From Pseudobacteriovorax antillogorgiicola (GTDB lineage Bacteria; Bdellovibrionota_B; Oligoflexia; Oligoflexales; RGVZ01): 64,000 nucleotides of DNA. The stretch covers positions 7,901 through 71,900 of the forward strand of contig CAMBEK010000002.1 in assembly GCA_945865565.1 (NCBI GenBank), written 5' to 3'. Position 1 is the first letter of the stretch. Every line of letters begins with the position of its first letter. The translations under genes and the position numbers were made by a program. This document shows, piece by piece, positions 60,461 through 64,000 of this stretch. The notes below the pieces were generated by a model that saw only the letters and a program-made list of their open reading frames with translations, did no database searches and was not told the origin of the DNA.

Positions 60461-62047
60461 TTAGCCTTTTAGCTCCGACTGCAGGTGACGGTCAGCCGCC
60501 ATTTGGACGGTCCTTGCGATACCAAGTGACAGGCCCGTTTTTTGGGCTACTTCTTCGGCGGAGTCGGCAACAATGTCGCCGATCGTGCCATAACCTGCAT
60601 CGGCCAATGCGTGCGCCGTTGCTTCGCCAACGCCACTTAACTTCGCAAAAACAGCGATACGATCGTTTCTGGCGGTGTCAGCAACGGACGGACCCCGCTG
60701 TTCTTCGGGGGTAGCCGACGAGCTGGCAAAAAGCTCCTCGCGGTCGCCTTCTGGAGTTCCGATTTTGGCTGAATGTCTAATGGTTGGCTGCTGTGCAGCC
60801 ATCTCAGCTGCCGCATTGATGACTTTTTCCGACTCAGCTTCATCCATATTCAAGAGGCGAACAAGATTGCGGGGGCTGAGTTCGGCGATTTCGGCTGCGG
60901 TCTTGATTCCTTCGTTGACCAGAATCTCGGCCTGCATGATGCCGAGGCCAGGAATCGTCGCGATGAAGGCCTTGGTGCCAGCCAGTTCTTCTTCCAGTTT
61001 TTTCTCGCTTTTGATGTCCAGTTTCCAGCCGGTCAACTGGGCGGCAAGGCGTACGTTTTGCCCGCGCTTGCCGATTGCCAGCGAGAGTTGGTCTTCAGCG
61101 GCGATGACATCCATGCTGTGGTTTTGTTCATCGACGATGACCTTGGAAACCACTGCCGGCGATAAGGCGTTGCAAACCAAACGCGCTGGGTCCTTGTCCC
61201 ATGGAATGATGTCGATTTTTTCACCGTTGAGCTCTTGAACGATTGCTTGAACCCGGGATCCCTTCATGCCGACGCAAGCGCCGACGGGGTCCACAGAAGA
61301 ATCGCGTGAGTAAACGGCAATCTTGGAGCGGTAGCCCGGATCACGAGCCGCGCTTTCGATGGTAACGATGCCGTCATAAATTTCCGTGACAGTTTGTTCA
61401 AACAAACGGATCAGGAAGCCGGGATGTGCTCGTGAAAGGACGATTTGTGGCCCTCTGGAGGAGCGCTTCACTTCGGTCACGTAACCCTGAACGCGATCTT
61501 TGATCCGGTAGCGTTCGGTTGGAACCTGCTCCCGGTAAGGAATGATGGCTTCGGTCCGGCCGAGGTCGACGATGATGTCATTGCGTTCAATGCGGCGCAC
61601 GTGGCCACTTAGAACTTCGCCGGCGCGATCCTTGAATTCTTCGTAAACTTGAGCGCGTTCCGCATCACGAACCTTTTGAACGATGATCTGTTTTGCGGAC
61701 TGGGCGGCAATGCGACCAAACTGGGTTGTGTTGATTTTCATGCCGAGCGCATCGCCGATTTCAGTTCCGGGATCCAATTTCTTGGCTTCCGTCACTTCAA
61801 TTTCAAGGCTTTCGTCGTCAATTTCTTCCACGACGGTGCGAAACTGGAATAATTCGATTTCGTCGAGTTCTTCGTTGTAGTGAGCTTCCAGGTCCGCGGT
61901 AAGGCCCAGTGTGCGGCGGGCCGCATGGATCACGGCCTGCTCCAAGGCGTCAACAATCACAGCGCGATCAAGATTTTTGTCGCGGCTGACGGTGGTGATT
62001 ACCTTGCGGAGTTCACTGTCTACTTCGGTTGCGTCGATGAGAGTCAT
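60461..62047 (-). CDS. nusA: Transcription termination factor NusA with C-terminal HhH repeats
   Basis: FGRIAAQSAKQ, S1 domain, ARDPGYRSKIAV, GACVGMKGSRV and IGKRGQNVRLA. Confidence 0.97.
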   Translation of the reverse strand: MTLIDATEVDSELRKVITTVSRDKNLDRAVIVDALEQAVIHAARRTLGLTADLEAHYNEELDEIELFQFRTVVEEIDDESLEIEVTEAKKLDPGTEIGDALGMKINTTQFGRIAAQSAKQIIVQKVRDAERAQVYEEFKDRAGEVLSGHVRRIERNDIIVDLGRTEAIIPYREQVPTERYRIKDRVQGYVTEVKRSSRGPQIVLSRAHPGFLIRLFEQTVTEIYDGIVTIESAARDPGYRSKIAVYSRDSSVDPVGACVGMKGSRVQAIVQELNGEKIDIIPWDKDPARLVCNALSPAVVSKVIVDEQNHSMDVIAAEDQLSLAIGKRGQNVRLAAQLTGWKLDIKSEKKLEEELAGTKAFIATIPGLGIMQAEILVNEGIKTAAEIAELSPRNLVRLLNMDEAESEKVINAAAEMAAQQPTIRHSAKIGTPEGDREELFASSSATPEEQRGPSVADTARNDRIAVFAKLSGVGEATAHALADAGYGTIGDIVADSAEEVAQKTGLSLGIARTVQMAADRHLQSELKG

Positions 62048-62538
62048 GTTGATTGGCTCCTTTCCCAGTCAAAAACAATATTGGCGCGGTGCAGCTTTGC
62101 AACCGGGAAGGACCAGTGTCCTTCGTCGGTTTCAAGTGTCACCAGCTCGTCAGATGAAACATCCAGCAGCTTGCCTTTGGCTTGCCGCCGCTCACTTATT
62201 TTCTCGGTCAAGTTGACGTTGATCGTTGCCCCGATGAACTTACGGAAATGCTCTGTCCGTCGCAGTGGCCTTTCCAGACCTGGCGAACTGACTTCGAGGC
62301 TCCAGTCACCGGTAAACATTGCATCTAGTTGTTCACAGGTGTTCAAAGTGCGGCTCACAGCGGCACAGGTGTCCAGGTTGACCCCTTCCGGACCGTCGAC
62401 AAAAACGCGGAGCGTTTTCTCGTAGGCGAGCCATTCGGCTTCAATGCACTCCAGCCCCATTGAGGCCATTTCAGCGCTCTGGAGCTGGGTTTGAATCAAT
62501 TCGATGGCACGATTCAGTAGAATGCGGTTCATGATCAC
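62044..62538 (-). CDS. rimP: Ribosome maturation factor RimP
   Basis: LRVFVD...VNLDTCAAVSR...LEVSSPGLERPL. Confidence 0.95.
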   Translation of the reverse strand: MIMNRILLNRAIELIQTQLQSAEMASMGLECIEAEWLAYEKTLRVFVDGPEGVNLDTCAAVSRTLNTCEQLDAMFTGDWSLEVSSPGLERPLRRTEHFRKFIGATINVNLTEKISERRQAKGKLLDVSSDELVTLETDEGHWSFPVAKLHRANIVFDWERSQST

Positions 62539-62746
62539 CTTTTAAAGACAGCAACAGGCAGCAACACACAGCAAAACTTCCGTGTGCCGACAACCTAACT
62601 TCATGAAATTTCAGAATATTCTGTCATTTCAGGGCGGCTGCTGTGTGGCGAGCGACTTCTATCTAACCGCTTTCTATGAAAAAATCAATGAATCCATGAC
62701 TAAAATTGCACATCTGACCAGCATCCTTACTCAAATGGAGCTTCAA

Positions 62747-63547
62747 ATGAACAGCCCTGGCCACCCAAAAAGCGAGCGTCGTCGCCACGAACGCCATCCG
62801 TTAATTTCGCAGCTTGCGGCTGGTCCGTTGCTGAGCCTGAAGACCGAAGGTGGTGTTCTTTTGCCTGTTTTGAACTGGAGTTACGGTGGTTTGAAAATTG
62901 CGGTCACAGGAGTGGGTCAGTCGGCGCTAGGTCGTCTGGACGGGCCGGAGGCGATGCACGGCACATTAAAGATGGCTGTGGCTTCAGAGTTGTCGCAATC
63001 CGTTGAATTCAAAGTGATCTCGGTAACTGAAAATACAGTTTCCTGCGCCTTTGTTCACGATTCTCCCGATGCGTTGCTTTTCATGCGGCCTTGGATGGAA
63101 TGCCTTCGCAGGGGATCAGGCATGACGGAGCTGGCTTCCAATGCCATCAAGCCAGAGCTGGCTGCGGCCGGCTGGAAAATATGGCGCGGCGAAGGTCCTC
63201 TGACACTGTCTGCCCGTCATTCTGAGCCCCGTCATTCTGAGCGTAGCGAAGAATCCTCTCTTCAGCCCCGTCATTCTGAGCGCCGCGAAGAATCCTCTCT
63301 TCCCGACTGGCAACTGGTCTTCCCTCTCGGCGAAGGCTACGCCGAAGTTGGTTCCACCGACGGCAAGCTTTATTCCCGCAAATCTGTCGACAACGACGGG
63401 ATGGCCAGCACACGGATGCAGGCTCCCAACGCAAAAGATGTTGGATTACTGAACCTTGCCCTGATGTACTTGGCTGGATGTGCCGCAGGTGGTGTACCGG
63501 AAACCTTGTGCGCAAAGATCATTGATCAGTTGCGAAGGGATGCTTGA
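62747..63547 (+). CDS. PilZ-like domain protein carrying an in-frame REP insertion
   Basis: ERRRHER and NWSYGG resemble PilZ RxxxR and (D/N)xSxxG; GGAG 6 nt before ATG 62747. Confidence 0.7.
   Translation: MNSPGHPKSERRRHERHPLISQLAAGPLLSLKTEGGVLLPVLNWSYGGLKIAVTGVGQSALGRLDGPEAMHGTLKMAVASELSQSVEFKVISVTENTVSCAFVHDSPDALLFMRPWMECLRRGSGMTELASNAIKPELAAAGWKIWRGEGPLTLSARHSEPRHSERSEESSLQPRHSERREESSLPDWQLVFPLGEGYAEVGSTDGKLYSRKSVDNDGMASTRMQAPNAKDVGLLNLALMYLAGCAAGGVPETLCAKIIDQLRRDA
63213..63302 (+). repeat. REP-like units (one partial, two full) inside a CDS
   Basis: GTCATTCTGAG at 63216, 63231 and 63270; full unit CCCCGTCATTCTGAGCGYMGCGAAGAATCCTCTCTTC. Confidence 0.9.
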
Positions 63548-63570
63548 CGGCCCCCGCGGTGACACCTCAA

Positions 63571-64000
63571 TCATCGGCAAAGGATCGCAAAGCAGAGGTT
63601 CGCAATGCTTTCGCACGTCTGGTAGCGGCTATTGATGTTTGATTGGTTGAAGTTAAGGGTATCGGGTGAGGTGGGTCCCAGCCTTCTCAAATTAAACGCC
63701 CTTCCTGTACCAAGGGTGCTGCTGCATTCGCTGGTTTGCGTGAAGAGCCGCATCGTGCATCGCACATTGTCGGCGGTGTCGCGTTGGAATTGGATGGTGG
63801 ACAGAAGTTGCGACAGGGTCCCAGCTGTCAGGCTCGCGCCCCGATTCGGGAGAACGGTGTGGAAGTTTTGTGCTTGACCGAAAGCCCTGAAATCAGTGGT
63901 CAGCGCCATTGAACCAAGGTTGCTTTCAAAGGTTTTTACAACCGGTGGAGAGGCCCCCATCGTAAACGAGTATGAAACTGTGATTTTTGGGTTCAGGCGA
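63571..64000 (-). CDS. 3' part of a hypothetical protein (open to the right edge)
   Basis: The frame of the 63571..63960 ORF has no stop up to base 64000; Cys/Ser/Thr-rich. Confidence 0.55.
   Translation of the reverse strand, partial: RLNPKITVSYSFTMGASPPVVKTFESNLGSMALTTDFRAFGQAQNFHTVLPNRGASLTAGTLSQLLSTIQFQRDTADNVRCTMRLFTQTSECSSTLGTGRAFNLRRLGPTSPDTLNFNQSNINSRYQTCESIANLCFAILCR

Noticed and set aside
62545-62580. Short CAGCAACA repeats upstream of rimP
   Set aside because: Only two to three imperfect copies; compatible with chance.
62582-62746. N-terminal extension of the PilZ-like ORF
   Set aside because: It falls in the divergent promoter region of rimP; RBS and motif position favour ATG 62747.
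63213-63302. Possible mini CRISPR array
   Set aside because: The units are adjacent with no unique 25-45 nt spacers, no cas genes are present, and the same motif is dispersed as REP-like elements.

Overview
A 64 kb bacterial chromosomal segment, roughly 50-55% GC by eye and densely coding. It contains no rRNA, tRNA, CRISPR array, transposase or phage gene that I can support. Gene content suggests a Bdellovibrionota/Oligoflexia-like organism (inference from Cys-motif STAS proteins, PilZ-like proteins, orphan lipoproteins, an LRR protein and a trypsin lipoprotein). Left to right: (1) a putative lipid-biosynthesis cluster with a class I HMG-CoA reductase cut by the left edge and missed by the ORF track, a UbiA-like prenyltransferase, an OleC-like adenylating enzyme, a DUF3419/BtaA-like transferase and an MMPL transporter; (2) a six-gene partner-switching-type signalling operon; (3) a PAS hybrid kinase and a CruF-like carotenoid gene converging on a xanthorhodopsin-like opsin that lacks helices D-E; (4) accessory genes including ABC-F, a truncated globin, three DEAD-box helicases, a ZIP transporter, a TMTC-like glycosyltransferase, an M48 peptidase and a ferritin with an apparent signal peptide; (5) sulP-can-amnB-amnA facing pxpB-pxpC-ridA-ALDH-SDR, a 2-aminophenol/2-aminomuconate catabolic locus; (6) a porin and the core rimP-nusA-infB-rbfA-truB-metK-ruvA-ruvB run. 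A REP-like repeat family (GTCATYCTGAGC...CGAAGRATC) occurs at four loci, one inserted in frame inside a PilZ-like gene. The top leads are the 5-helix opsin, the lipid cluster, the amn locus, the exported ferritin and the in-frame REP insertion. All family calls come from motif recognition by eye; no database search was run.
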